DNA of 64,000 nucleotides from Minisyncoccota bacterium. GTDB taxonomy: Bacteria > Patescibacteriota > Minisyncoccia > Phycocordibacterales > JABAAK01. The stretch lies in contig OZ244939.1 in the NCBI GenBank assembly GCA_965222235.1, forward strand, positions 323,396-387,395, written 5' to 3'. Positions within the stretch are counted from its first letter, which is position 1, and every line of letters starts with the position of its first letter. Shown here piece after piece: positions 8,417-18,325 of the stretch. A model generated the notes under the pieces. That model saw only the letters and a list, made by a program, of their open reading frames with translations, was not told where the DNA came from and made no database searches. Made by a program: the position numbers and the translations under genes.

Positions 8417-8775
8417 ACGTCTTCAGACGGCGAACCGATCAGTCCGCCGATGGTGTTCTGCACCACTGCGAGCACGCCGTTTGCGGCAAGCACGAGAAAC
8501 AGACCGACCAGTGCCAGGATAAAATTGTATTTCAGTTTGTTAAACTTTTCAGGATTGACCGCGCCCGCCATCACCATCTGAAAGCCGATGTAGACAATCG
8601 CGAGCGCCAGGAACGGAATGAGTATGAGGGTCAGGCCTTTCAATACCGCCACCAGCAGTGCCGTGATACTGTCATATTTAATCGGATTTTCCACTATCTG
8701 CCCGTACGCCGGCAGCGCCAGCGCAACGGCACACGCCGCGCTCCATAGTACCGCACCGTTTCGCATACTGATCAT
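8413..8775 (-). CDS. VirB2/TrbC-like pilin
   Basis: ENPIKYDSI...IVYIGFQMVMA...NPEK...ALVGL motif. Confidence 0.75.
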   Translation of the reverse strand: MISMRNGAVLWSAACAVALALPAYGQIVENPIKYDSITALLVAVLKGLTLILIPFLALAIVYIGFQMVMAGAVNPEKFNKLKYNFILALVGLFLVLAANGVLAVVQNTIGGLIGSPSEDV

Positions 8776-8794
8776 ATGCCGCCAGTATATCACG

Positions 8795-10045
8795 CTATTG
8801 AAACAGTGTGATAACCCGCTGCGCACCGTCCTTGGCCGACATCGTCCCCACGACAACCCCCCGCAACACAACGAGCAGCGTCTGCCGCTCTGCCGCTGTC
8901 AGATAAATGCTTTTCGCGGAAAAAAGCGAGTCAATGAAGGCGGTTTCGGTGGTCCCGGCATCGGCGGCCGGGTAGTAATTCTGTATGGCCGGCGGTATGT
9001 TGTCAAACAGCACCGGCAAATTATTGTCCTCCCCGTAGAGCACTCCCACGAAATCAATCGCGGCGTTCAGCGCTGGGGTCGGCACCCTGCTCCGTTTCGG
9101 TATCGTGAAGCCGTAGAGCACCGCCGGCGACACCGGCGCGCTCTCCCGGGAAATCTGCGGCAGAGGCAGCGCCCGTATCGGTATGGTGTCCCCGCCGGCA
9201 CGCTTAAGCCCGCTGAACTCACTGATATAGCCGGGATAGAATAGGAGACGGCCGCTCACAAACATATCGCGGGCATCATCCAACGCAACGCTCCAGGTGA
9301 AAACCGGCGACCGGGTGTTCGCAAAACCGGCATAGAACCGCAGTATATCCGCAGCCGCATCAACGGTCAAACTGCCGGCCGCTGCCGTCTGCAGCATCAG
9401 GGCGATAAACACATCTGTTGCGTTGTCGTAATTGCGGTACGCGCCGAGCGGCACCAGCGCCCGGTTTGTCTCCCGATATCGCTTAATGGAACTGCGAAAA
9501 CTCTCATGGCCGAAATGCTCCCACAGTGACGGAAGCGCGCGTATCCTGCTCTGCAGCCGGAGCGCTTCGTTGTAGTAGAGCACCATCGCGTCCGAGAGAA
9601 ACGGAATGGCGATGTACCCGTCAGGTCGTATAAAAATATCGGCGTTCAGGGTGAACTGCTGCTGGTACCGCGCCAGGGGCAGATACCCGTACGGCACGGT
9701 CTGCAGCGTCTCCTCCAGCTCAAGAATCGTCCGATGATCAAGCAGCAGCAAATCCGGATGTTCGCTCACCGCAATCGCCTCAATATATTCATCCCGTACC
9801 GTTGCCGGATTCTTATGCACATAGGTCATGCTGTTATACGAGCGGTTGGGATTCCGGTTCAGCTGGCGGAGAATCGGCTGCATCCGCTCTTCGCTGAGCA
9901 GCCCCCACACCTGTATATCCGGTTTCACCGCCTCCTGCTCCGGATCTTTCTGCAGGAAACCGTACAGCGCCAGCCCGCCGAAACCGACAACAACGAAGAG
10001 ACCGAACACCGCATAGAGAATAATTTGAAATACATTTGTCTGCAT
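8795..10045 (-). CDS. Extracellular solute-binding protein-like, membrane-anchored
   Basis: N-terminal TM helix; QVWG, PDL, AIPF.SD..VLYYN and FVSGRL motifs of the sugar-binding SBP family. Confidence 0.75.
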   Translation of the reverse strand: MQTNVFQIILYAVFGLFVVVGFGGLALYGFLQKDPEQEAVKPDIQVWGLLSEERMQPILRQLNRNPNRSYNSMTYVHKNPATVRDEYIEAIAVSEHPDLLLLDHRTILELEETLQTVPYGYLPLARYQQQFTLNADIFIRPDGYIAIPFLSDAMVLYYNEALRLQSRIRALPSLWEHFGHESFRSSIKRYRETNRALVPLGAYRNYDNATDVFIALMLQTAAAGSLTVDAAADILRFYAGFANTRSPVFTWSVALDDARDMFVSGRLLFYPGYISEFSGLKRAGGDTIPIRALPLPQISRESAPVSPAVLYGFTIPKRSRVPTPALNAAIDFVGVLYGEDNNLPVLFDNIPPAIQNYYPAADAGTTETAFIDSLFSAKSIYLTAAERQTLLVVLRGVVVGTMSAKDGAQRVITLFQ

Positions 10046-10057
10046 ATACCAACCACC

Positions 10058-12490
10058 CTACATGTGGGTGCTTGCCGTCAGTATATCACCTCCTTTGAGC
10101 TTCATAACGAATACCCCCTGCGTCTGCCGCCCGCGCTTCGGAATATCATTGATGCCCATGCGCACCATCTGCCCCTTCTTTGACATGGTGATAATCTCAC
10201 CCTCCTCGCCGGTGAGAATGTGCGCGCCGACCAGCCTGCCCGTCTTTGCCGTGAGCATAGCCGCCTTCACACCGCTGCCGCCCCGCTTCTGCACCTTGAA
10301 CGCACTCAGCTTCGTCTGCTTGCCGAGTCCCTTCTCGCTCAACGTCAGCAGCAGCCCTGTGCCCTTCATTGCCTCGGTGATGACCAGCCCCCCTATGACC
10401 GCGTCATCCTTCCCGAGCCGGATGCCGCGCACGCCGCGGGCCGATCTGCCGGATGCGCGCACATCTCCGGCGACGAATTTGATCGCCTTGCCGCCGGCGG
10501 TGATGATGATGATCTCGTCGGTGTTCATGCAGAACATGGTGTTTACCAGCTGATCATTCCGGTCAAGCGACACGGCGATGAGTCCGGACTTCCGTATGTT
10601 TTTAAACTGATCAATCGCAACCTTTTTGATGGTTCCCTGCCTGGTGACAAAGAACAGGTAGGTATTCTTCTTTTCGGTATCGGACACGGGTACGATGGAG
10701 GTGACCCGTTCATCACCGTCAACGGCGATGAAATTGACGAGCGCGCGGCCCCTGCCCGTCCGCTTCGCCTCGGGAATCTCATACGCTTTCAGCTGGTACA
10801 CCTTGCCCTTGTTCGTGAAAAAGTAGAGCGTATCATGCGAGCTGGCGCTGATTGAAATGGTGGTGAAATCCTCGTCTTTGAGCTCCGCGCCCTTGGTGCC
10901 GACACCGCCGCGCCGCTGGCGCTTGTACTCGTCGTGCGTGGTGCGCTTGATGTAGCCGCCGCCGGTTATCATCACGATGCTCTGCTTTTCCGGTATCAGA
11001 TCCTCGTCGGTGACCGTGTCATGCCCCCGGCTTACGATTTTCGTTCTCCGCTCGTCGCCGAACAGCGCTTTTACCTCCTCAATGCCCTTCTTCACCTCGC
11101 CGTCAACCTTCTTCCTGCTCTTCAGAATCGCCTCCAGGCGGGCGATGGTTTTTTTCAGTGCGGCGAGTTCGTCCTCCACCTTCTTCCGCTCCAGACCCGC
11201 GAGCTTCGCCAGCCGCATTTCAAGAATGGCGTTCGCCTGTATTTCAGAAAACTTGAACTCCTTCATCAGCGCCTTCCGTGCGTCAGCAACCTCTCTCGAT
11301 GCCCTGATGAGCTTGATAATTTTGTCAATGTGGTCCAGTGCTTTTTTCAGCCCCTCAACGACGTGCTCCCGCTCTTTCGCCCGCTCCAGATCAAACGTCG
11401 TCGCCCGTTCAATAATTATGCGACGGTGGTCAATGTAGGCCTGCAGCAGCCGATGGAGTGTGAGCGTCTGCGGCACGCCATCAAGCAGCCCGACGAGATT
11501 GTAGTGATAGGTTTCCTCCAGCTGCGTGTGGCGGTAGAGCGTGTGCTGAACGCGGTGCGGCTGCGCGGTCGGCTTCAGCTCAACGACCACGCGGATGTCG
11601 TTAGTCGACTCATCACGCAGGTCTTTAATGCCCTCAATCTTCTTCAGCCGCGCCAGCTCGCCGATTTTTTCAATGAGCCGCGCCTTGTTGACCCGGAACG
11701 GGATAGAGGTGATGACTAAACTGATTCCCTTTTTATCCTCCACAATCTCCACCTCACCGCGCACGACCACACCGCCTCTGCCGGTTGCATACGCCTGCGC
11801 GATGGCTTTTTTGTCATAGGCGATGCCGCCCATGGGAAAGTCGGGGCCTTTGACGAACTGCAGGAGGTCTTCCGTCGTCGCATCCGGACGGTCAATAAGG
11901 TGCAGCAGCGCGTCTGCGACTTCGTTCAGATTGTGCGGGGGAATGTCGGTCGCCATGCCGACGGCGATGCCGAGCGTACCGTTGACGAGCAGATTCGGCA
12001 CCTTGGCGGGCATAACGGTCGGCTCCTGCAGGGTGTTCTCGTAGTTCGGCACGAAAGCGACGGTCCGCTTCTCTATATCCTCAAGCATGTTCTCGGCGTA
12101 CCGGGACATTTTCGCCTCGGTATACCGCTCGGCGGCGGGCGGATCGCCGTCAATGGAACCGAAGTTGCCCTGTCCGGCGACCAGCGGGTACCGGGTGACG
12201 AACTCCTGCGTCATTTTCGCCATCGCCTCGTAGACCGCAAGGTTGCCATGCGGATGGTACTTACCGAGCGTCTCGCCGACCACAGTCGCCGACTTTCTGG
12301 TCTTCGCCGCGAACCTGAGTCCCATGCCGAACATGGCGTAGAGAATACGCCGCTGCACCGGCTTGAGCCCGTCGCGGACATCAGGCAGCGCCCGGGCGGT
12401 AATGACCGACATGGCGTAGTCAAGATACGCGCTCCGCATCTCCTCAGTGATGTCCCTATGCACAATCCTCCCTTCCTCATTCTGAGCCAT
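10058..12490 (-). CDS. gyrA: DNA gyrase subunit A
   Basis: [21 protein letters not shown] (catalytic Tyr), GyrA-box QRRGGVG, C-terminal pinwheel repeats. Confidence 0.97.
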   Translation of the reverse strand: MAQNEEGRIVHRDITEEMRSAYLDYAMSVITARALPDVRDGLKPVQRRILYAMFGMGLRFAAKTRKSATVVGETLGKYHPHGNLAVYEAMAKMTQEFVTRYPLVAGQGNFGSIDGDPPAAERYTEAKMSRYAENMLEDIEKRTVAFVPNYENTLQEPTVMPAKVPNLLVNGTLGIAVGMATDIPPHNLNEVADALLHLIDRPDATTEDLLQFVKGPDFPMGGIAYDKKAIAQAYATGRGGVVVRGEVEIVEDKKGISLVITSIPFRVNKARLIEKIGELARLKKIEGIKDLRDESTNDIRVVVELKPTAQPHRVQHTLYRHTQLEETYHYNLVGLLDGVPQTLTLHRLLQAYIDHRRIIIERATTFDLERAKEREHVVEGLKKALDHIDKIIKLIRASREVADARKALMKEFKFSEIQANAILEMRLAKLAGLERKKVEDELAALKKTIARLEAILKSRKKVDGEVKKGIEEVKALFGDERRTKIVSRGHDTVTDEDLIPEKQSIVMITGGGYIKRTTHDEYKRQRRGGVGTKGAELKDEDFTTISISASSHDTLYFFTNKGKVYQLKAYEIPEAKRTGRGRALVNFIAVDGDERVTSIVPVSDTEKKNTYLFFVTRQGTIKKVAIDQFKNIRKSGLIAVSLDRNDQLVNTMFCMNTDEIIIITAGGKAIKFVAGDVRASGRSARGVRGIRLGKDDAVIGGLVITEAMKGTGLLLTLSEKGLGKQTKLSAFKVQKRGGSGVKAAMLTAKTGRLVGAHILTGEEGEIITMSKKGQMVRMGINDIPKRGRQTQGVFVMKLKGGDILTASTHM

Positions 12491-12584
12491 ATATGCGGTA
12501 TTGTACCATATATACGGTGTGTGTATATAAAAGCAGTGCATCTGTCAGGGACAAATGCACTGCGTAATTCTGAGCCACATGCGT

Positions 12585-13274
12585 CAGAGTATCGGATAGA
12601 TTTCGTCGGCGATGGCGGAGACATTCGGTTTCATGCCGTTCGGTACCGTGTTGTACGGAATGATGTACTCGCCGCAGATGGCGGACTTCCCTCTGTACCC
12701 CTCCCTCCGGAGTGCCTCGTCAAAGCCGCTGATGATTGACCGGGGGTCCCTTTCAAAGTTGCCGTGAGCCCCGCTGTCTGATCCGATCGGCGAGCATCTC
12801 CGGCGTCAGTCCGGTGAGTATGATATGCAGAGGACGCAGGTCAAACCGCCGGCAAAGAACTTGCAGCTGATTGGCGGCGAAATTGTACACCGCCTCGTTT
12901 CGCTCATCCCGGGGATAGCGGTAGTACTGGTACACCAGCGTTGAGAGGTAGAAACGGTCAAGGATGAGCAGCGCGCCGCGGCTCACCGCCGGCGCGATGA
13001 GCGTCTTCGCCGATATGGTGAAATCGGCGAAAAATAGGTAAGCCATTGCGAGCGGATCTTCGTCCTTGTCGGAAAACGACAGAAGTATGTCCCGGATCTT
13101 TCTGCCGGCTTCCGTCGCGCCCGGTGTGCGGACAACTACCGTCTCCCGGTCGTCATTGCCGGCGCGTCTCGCCAACTCCCGCACCAATGTCGTTTTCCCG
13201 GACCCGTCCGGACCGTCAATCACGACGATGTTGTACTGCCCCCGATCGGGCAGCGGTTCCAGAAAATTATTCAC
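12585..13274 (-). pseudogene. tmk: Thymidylate kinase with apparent C-terminal frameshifts
   Basis: DGPDGSGKTT P-loop and LDRFYLSTLVYQ. The ORF stops at 12753, but NFERD and VSAIADEIYPIL continue in two shifted frames. Confidence 0.75.
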
Positions 13275-13327
13275 AATTCACACTCCTTTTGTTTTGTGGA
13301 ATCTGACCGCAGTGTATCATAGACGGC

Positions 13328-13453
13328 TTAATACAGCCACAGCAACGCGACCGGCAGCCAGACGAGACAGATGATGACGGTTATGAGCGCGACAAGGCGC
13401 ACGACCTTCCTGTTTTTTTCCCGCTGCCGGCGGATAAATTCCTCGGAATCCAT
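13328..13453 (-). CDS. Small single-TM protein (41 aa)
   Basis: TGG-TATAAT-N9-ATG; basic segment followed by a hydrophobic helix. Confidence 0.55.
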   Translation of the reverse strand: MDSEEFIRRQREKNRKVVRLVALITVIICLVWLPVALLWLY

Positions 13454-13463
13454 ACCCCCCGCA

Positions 13464-14066
13464 TTATACCACCGTGATAACGGAGACGGTTTCATCCGCG
13501 ATATCTTTCTTCTTAATCGTGCACTTCCCCACGACCTCCTCGGCATTCCCGATTTCCCCGCCGATATCTTTCTGCAGTTTCCTGTTGTCGCCGATGAGCA
13601 CTATTCTGCGAACACCGAGCGCCGACACCGCACCCGCGATATCAACCGCGGCCAGCCGCTTTTCCCCCGTTGTGTTACAAAAACAGACAAGCACATCTGC
13701 GGCGATGAACTGTGCCGCAATCTGATTTGTGTCCTCCCTGCCGTCTACATCGCCGAGCACCGCAATACGGATATCATCCCCGACAACCAGCCATGATGTC
13801 GTCTGCAGATCATTGTCGACAGTGACCGTCCCGCTGCTGACCCCCTGCAGTATCAGAGCGTCCTTCTCATACTCGCCCGCACCTGTGAACACTTTCTGCC
13901 CGTCTTCCGCGGTGAATACGCCGGACCACCCGGCGACGGGAACCGAATAGGTATTGAGAATAACGGCCGACAACGGCAGCTTCTTTTTCGCGGGCGGATT
14001 AACTGCCACGGTACCGGTTGAGAATTTCAGTGTGATGCCGGTCTCACCTGACTTGTGGATCTCCAT
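13464..14066 (-). CDS. Degenerate metallo-beta-lactamase-fold protein
   Basis: GAGEYE...GV and IAVLGD motifs; the THxHxDH metal motif is absent. Confidence 0.6.
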   Translation of the reverse strand: MEIHKSGETGITLKFSTGTVAVNPPAKKKLPLSAVILNTYSVPVAGWSGVFTAEDGQKVFTGAGEYEKDALILQGVSSGTVTVDNDLQTTSWLVVGDDIRIAVLGDVDGREDTNQIAAQFIAADVLVCFCNTTGEKRLAAVDIAGAVSALGVRRIVLIGDNRKLQKDIGGEIGNAEEVVGKCTIKKKDIADETVSVITVV

Positions 14067-14149
14067 ATATACGGAAGTGTAGCATATCCGGGCGGAGTGA
14101 GGTATACTGTACTCCGTTAACGGCGACAGCCGTTTGATATATATGGATT

Positions 14150-15223
14150 ATGAACACCGCAACAACTGAAACAACCGTTCTGAAAACGCTGCTGCGCCAT
14201 GTCGTGGGTGATGTTGTTGAGGGCACCATCATCGCCATTGACCGGTCAACCGTTTATATTGATCTCTCCCCCGTCGGCACCGGCATTATCTACGGACGGG
14301 AGTTCATCGTCGCAAAGGATATTCTGCGCAAGGCGCGGGTCGGCGACACCATATCCGCGAAAATCATTGATATGGCGGCTCCCGGCGGCTATATTGACCT
14401 GTCGCTGAAAGAGGCGCGGAAAATATATATCTGGAATGAAGCCGAGGAGGCGATGCGGGAGAAAAAGGTGTTCAATATCATCGTCAAAAGTGCAAACCGC
14501 GGCGGTCTCGTTATTGAATGGAACGGTATGCGGGGATTCCTACCCGCATCACAGCTCACCGAGGAGCACTATCCGAAAATACTCGGGGGGAATAAGGATA
14601 CGCTGCTCAACGAACTGAAAAAGATGATCGGCAAAGAACTGTCGGTGGTCATAGAAAGTATTGATCAGGACAACGACACACTCATCTTCGCCGAGTATAA
14701 AAACGGGGAGAAAAGCAGCGCGGATGACACCAAGGTGATCTACAAGGTCGGTGATATTAAAAGCGGCATCGTCACCGGTGTCGTTGATTTCGGCGTGTTC
14801 GTCACCATAGACAACACGGTCGAGGGGCTGGTGCACATCTCCGAGATGGACTGGGGGCTCGTTGACGATCCCCGCAAATTCTACAGCGTCGGCAACCAGG
14901 TGCAGGTGAAGATTATCGAAATTGAGGATGAGAAGTATTCATTCTCCTTCAAAGAATTGCACAAAAATCCATGGGAGGACATTCTTGAGCGGCACCAGGT
15001 CAGCAATGTTGTCTCCGGCGTTGTGATCAAATACGGCCAGTTCGGCGCGTTCGCCTCCATTGAAGCCGGCGTATCCGGACTCGTCCACATTTCAAACTTC
15101 AAGGATGAGCAGGATCTGCGTAACTCACTGGAAATCGGCAAAACCTACAAATTCGTTATCACCAATCTTGAGCCGGAGGAACAGAAACTCACGATTGTAC
15201 CGGAAGATCGGTATACGAAATAG
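14150..15223 (+). CDS. rpsA: Ribosomal protein S1 (four S1 domains)
   Basis: GFLPASQL, FGVFV..EGLVHISE, FGAF..GLVHIS. Confidence 0.92.
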   Translation: MNTATTETTVLKTLLRHVVGDVVEGTIIAIDRSTVYIDLSPVGTGIIYGREFIVAKDILRKARVGDTISAKIIDMAAPGGYIDLSLKEARKIYIWNEAEEAMREKKVFNIIVKSANRGGLVIEWNGMRGFLPASQLTEEHYPKILGGNKDTLLNELKKMIGKELSVVIESIDQDNDTLIFAEYKNGEKSSADDTKVIYKVGDIKSGIVTGVVDFGVFVTIDNTVEGLVHISEMDWGLVDDPRKFYSVGNQVQVKIIEIEDEKYSFSFKELHKNPWEDILERHQVSNVVSGVVIKYGQFGAFASIEAGVSGLVHISNFKDEQDLRNSLEIGKTYKFVITNLEPEEQKLTIVPEDRYTK

Positions 15224-15734
15224 TATCCTGGAACAGCTGTTCAAAGATGTCCGGAAGCGCGGCAATGAGCGCTGCGGTGATGATATTCATATCATTCTCC
15301 AGAATCGGATCAAGCACATACTGCGCGACATTCTCCCCCCTGCCAATACCGATCCGCAGGCGCAGAAATGCATTCGTCCGCATTATCGCAGCGACGGATG
15401 CGACCCCTTTATGCCCCCCGGCAGACTTTTTTCTTGACAACCGGACCGTGCCGGCGGGAAAGTCAATATCATCATGCACGACGACCAGGCGGGACGGCTC
15501 CAACTCCTCAAGTATATCCGCCATATCCGTGCCGGTGTTATTCATGTATCCGTCCGAAACGACGCAGGTTATCGCATGCGGACCGATGAGCAGGCAGGCG
15601 AACCGTGCGACACCGATATGCTGCCAGGCACATCCCTGCCGACGCACCAATCCTTCAACGAAATCCTTGCCGACATTGTGCCGGGTGCCCTCGTAGCCGG
15701 CGGGATTGCCGAGTCCCAGAAACACATACTCCAT
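15189..15734 (-). CDS. pth: Peptidyl-tRNA hydrolase
   Basis: GLGNP..Y.GTRHNVG, YMNNTG, VVHDDID, AGGHKG, RLRIGIG. Confidence 0.95.
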   Translation of the reverse strand: MEYVFLGLGNPAGYEGTRHNVGKDFVEGLVRRQGCAWQHIGVARFACLLIGPHAITCVVSDGYMNNTGTDMADILEELEPSRLVVVHDDIDFPAGTVRLSRKKSAGGHKGVASVAAIMRTNAFLRLRIGIGRGENVAQYVLDPILENDMNIITAALIAALPDIFEQLFQDTISYTDLPVQS

Positions 15735-15791
15735 ACCGCATATATTGTACCAGACATTGTGTGTTACACTGGACATCGTACGCCAACTATC

Positions 15792-16382
15792 ATGGAGAAT
15801 CAGCACCCGTCATCCTGCAGTATTTCTAACCGCAGAGGAATTATTATCATCCTCGCCGGCGCGCTCTGCGCGGCCGCGGTATGGTTCCTCGGATTCCGGC
15901 CGTTCCTCGTCAACGGCGCGTCAATGTATCCGACATTCAACGCGTCATTTGAGGATTCAAACGATATGCGGCTCATCGGGGGCGACTATCTCATTATTGA
16001 CATCTTTTCCTACATATTCATTCACGAACCCGAACGGCTTGATGTCATCGTATTCCGGAGCCCGACAGAGCCGGGACGCTATCTCCTCAAACGGATTATC
16101 GCCCTGCCGAACGAGCAGGTGCGGCTTGCCGGTACGACAGTGACTGTCACCGGGGAGAACGGTGAGGTGCTGACCCTGACCGAACCGTACATCAACCGGC
16201 GGGACATCGTGTCATATAAAAGCAAAACATGGCGGCTGGGCGAGGATGAATATTTCCTGCTCGGTGACAACCGGGCGCGCAGCCTGGATTCACGCGTATG
16301 GGGATCGCTGCCGAAACATCGGATTGTCGGACGCGTCATCGCGCGGCTGTATCCGTTTTCCATGATTGACCTGTATACCTGA
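15792..16382 (+). CDS. lepB: Signal peptidase I
   Basis: GASMYPT (catalytic Ser), LKRIIALP (Lys), GDNR..S.DSR. Confidence 0.95.
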   Translation: MENQHPSSCSISNRRGIIIILAGALCAAAVWFLGFRPFLVNGASMYPTFNASFEDSNDMRLIGGDYLIIDIFSYIFIHEPERLDVIVFRSPTEPGRYLLKRIIALPNEQVRLAGTTVTVTGENGEVLTLTEPYINRRDIVSYKSKTWRLGEDEYFLLGDNRARSLDSRVWGSLPKHRIVGRVIARLYPFSMIDLYT

Positions 16383-16434
16383 CAAACTGCCGGTCATTGA
16401 CAGTGTGCGGACCTGAATGTACAGTACCCTGTAT

Positions 16435-17619
16435 ATGAGTTTTGCTGATGTAACATCTGAAAAATTCTTTGACAAGGCATACCGAATCGCAACATCATAC
16501 GGATTTGAGCCGGCGCACAAATTCGTTGACCGGCACCGGAGGAATAAGCGGAGAAAAATAGCCACATACCACAGGGCGGACAGCAGAAATCTCAACAATC
16601 TCGCAACATTACTGCAGTTTTTCTTTGAGCGAGTGCAGCACCATTCGGAGGAGTGCGAACCGCTGTATATTTTTTACAGCAATATTGACCGGGAAACAAA
16701 ATCAGTCGTCACCCGCTCCAAAAAACCGGACGAAGCATATTTCACGCTTTCAATAATCGGTATTGACGGTCCGTATGCCGAAGCCCTCCTTATGTACTGC
16801 ACCGACCATATCTTTCGGGAGCTCAGATCAAAACAGCATCAGGTTCGGATCAATTCAATGGGATCCCGGGATGACTCAAAGGAATACTTCTCCAGATTTT
16901 CAAAAACGATCAAAAAAATGGCGCAGAAAGATATTCCGCCGGAATGCCGGAGGATGCTTGATAAATCTGAGATCGTGGGGGCGCATTCCCTGCTTTACGC
17001 CGGCGAGCAGGACAGCGTTACGGAATATATCACCCCGACACTCCGCCTGCTTTCCGACTCCGCTCAGTCCCACTTTGAGAAAATAATTGAATACCTGGAA
17101 GCGCACCGCCTGTCGTACGAGCTCGCGCCGGATCTGGTTGAGCTTACCAAATACGGCCTGCACACGGTGTTTGAGATACAATCGGAGTATTCGCCGGTAT
17201 ATGCGCACGGCGGTCGGTATGACACGCTTCCCCATACCCTGTACCGCCGCAGAGTGCCGGTCGCATCGGTCACGATTTCGCTGCCGGAAAAAACGGTCGG
17301 CTCGCACACGATCACTACCATGCCGAGAAAGCCGAAGATATTCTTCTGCCACGCCGGCAGCGTTGCGCGGTTGCGCTCCCTGCATGTGCTTTCGCAGCTG
17401 TGCGACGCGAACATATCCGTCGCGCACCGGCTTCATCACCCCCGTGTCGGCGATCAGCTGAATCAGGAAGCACAGCGGTATCCGTATGTCATCATTTTCG
17501 GGCAGGAGGAGGCGGCAAACAATGTCGTTTGCATACGGAAAACAGACACGCGCGCATCAAACTTCATCCATATTAACGGAGAGGCACTCAAGAATATTAA
17601 GGAGTTCATACGATCATAG
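16435..17619 (+). CDS. Histidyl-tRNA synthetase-like paralog, catalytic motifs degenerate
   Basis: GGRYD, TVFEI and C-terminal anticodon-binding domain (IIFGQEE) retained; class II motif 2 and the motif 3 ER are missing. Promoter TTGACA-N17-TACAGT at 16397-16425. Confidence 0.8.
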   Translation: MSFADVTSEKFFDKAYRIATSYGFEPAHKFVDRHRRNKRRKIATYHRADSRNLNNLATLLQFFFERVQHHSEECEPLYIFYSNIDRETKSVVTRSKKPDEAYFTLSIIGIDGPYAEALLMYCTDHIFRELRSKQHQVRINSMGSRDDSKEYFSRFSKTIKKMAQKDIPPECRRMLDKSEIVGAHSLLYAGEQDSVTEYITPTLRLLSDSAQSHFEKIIEYLEAHRLSYELAPDLVELTKYGLHTVFEIQSEYSPVYAHGGRYDTLPHTLYRRRVPVASVTISLPEKTVGSHTITTMPRKPKIFFCHAGSVARLRSLHVLSQLCDANISVAHRLHHPRVGDQLNQEAQRYPYVIIFGQEEAANNVVCIRKTDTRASNFIHINGEALKNIKEFIRS

Positions 17620-17657
17620 TTGTATTCTGCGCCGGCTGTTGATATACTGCGGTATAT

Positions 17658-17897
17658 ATGAAGGACAATATCATCATGACTAAAAAGGAGGGTGAAAATC
17701 CCTCGTCCCTCTATCGTCGTTTTGTCAAACATTTCCGCGCATCGGGTGTGCAGATGGCAACCAAAAAAGGCAGATTCTATGATCGCAGGCCGTCGAAAAA
17801 TACCAGAAAAAAGAACTGCATCACTCACCTGACAAAAAAAGAGAAGTTTGAAGAGGCGTACCGGCTCGGCAAGATATCGTCTCTTCAGAAGAAATAG
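17658..17897 (+). CDS. rpsU: Ribosomal protein S21
   Basis: KKEGEN..SLYRRF...RFYDRRPS; basic 79 aa. Confidence 0.8.
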   Translation: MKDNIIMTKKEGENPSSLYRRFVKHFRASGVQMATKKGRFYDRRPSKNTRKKNCITHLTKKEKFEEAYRLGKISSLQKK

Positions 17898-17902
17898 TCG
17901 CC

Positions 17903-18301
17903 GTGAAACACGCGCTCCACACATTCAACGAAACATCCGTTCGTATGCCGCGGAAAAAATTGCGGGTCATGTACGGCGGTCTGCTCGGCAGAACATGCGA
18001 TCTCAATATCATATGCATCGGCGATGCGGCGGCGCGGAAGATGAACCGGCGGCACCGGAGCAGAAATACAGCGGCGAATGTGCTGACGTTTCCCGCCGGC
18101 ACGGGACCGGACGCGGTACTGACACCGGCGGAGATATACATCAACGCCGACCGGGCATTGCGGGAGGCAAAAGGGGGAAACATGCCCCACTCACACCGTA
18201 TTCTTTTCATGGCACTGCACGGCATGCTCCATCTGCTCGGACATACGCATGGAGATGCAATGGAGTCACTGGAGGATAAGTATGCTACAACATATATATA
18301 G
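17903..18301 (+). CDS. ybeY: rRNA maturation RNase YbeY
   Basis: NVLTFP and HGMLHLLGHTH. Confidence 0.92.
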   Translation: MKHALHTFNETSVRMPRKKLRVMYGGLLGRTCDLNIICIGDAAARKMNRRHRSRNTAANVLTFPAGTGPDAVLTPAEIYINADRALREAKGGNMPHSHRILFMALHGMLHLLGHTHGDAMESLEDKYATTYI

Positions 18302-18325
18302 CCTTGCGGGGAGAGACGCATATAT

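Noticed and set aside
10062-12739. Long antisense ORFs over gyrA (also over ftsZ, valS, ychF, the ATPase and argS)
   Set aside because: Expected shadows of GC3-biased coding strands, with no motifs.
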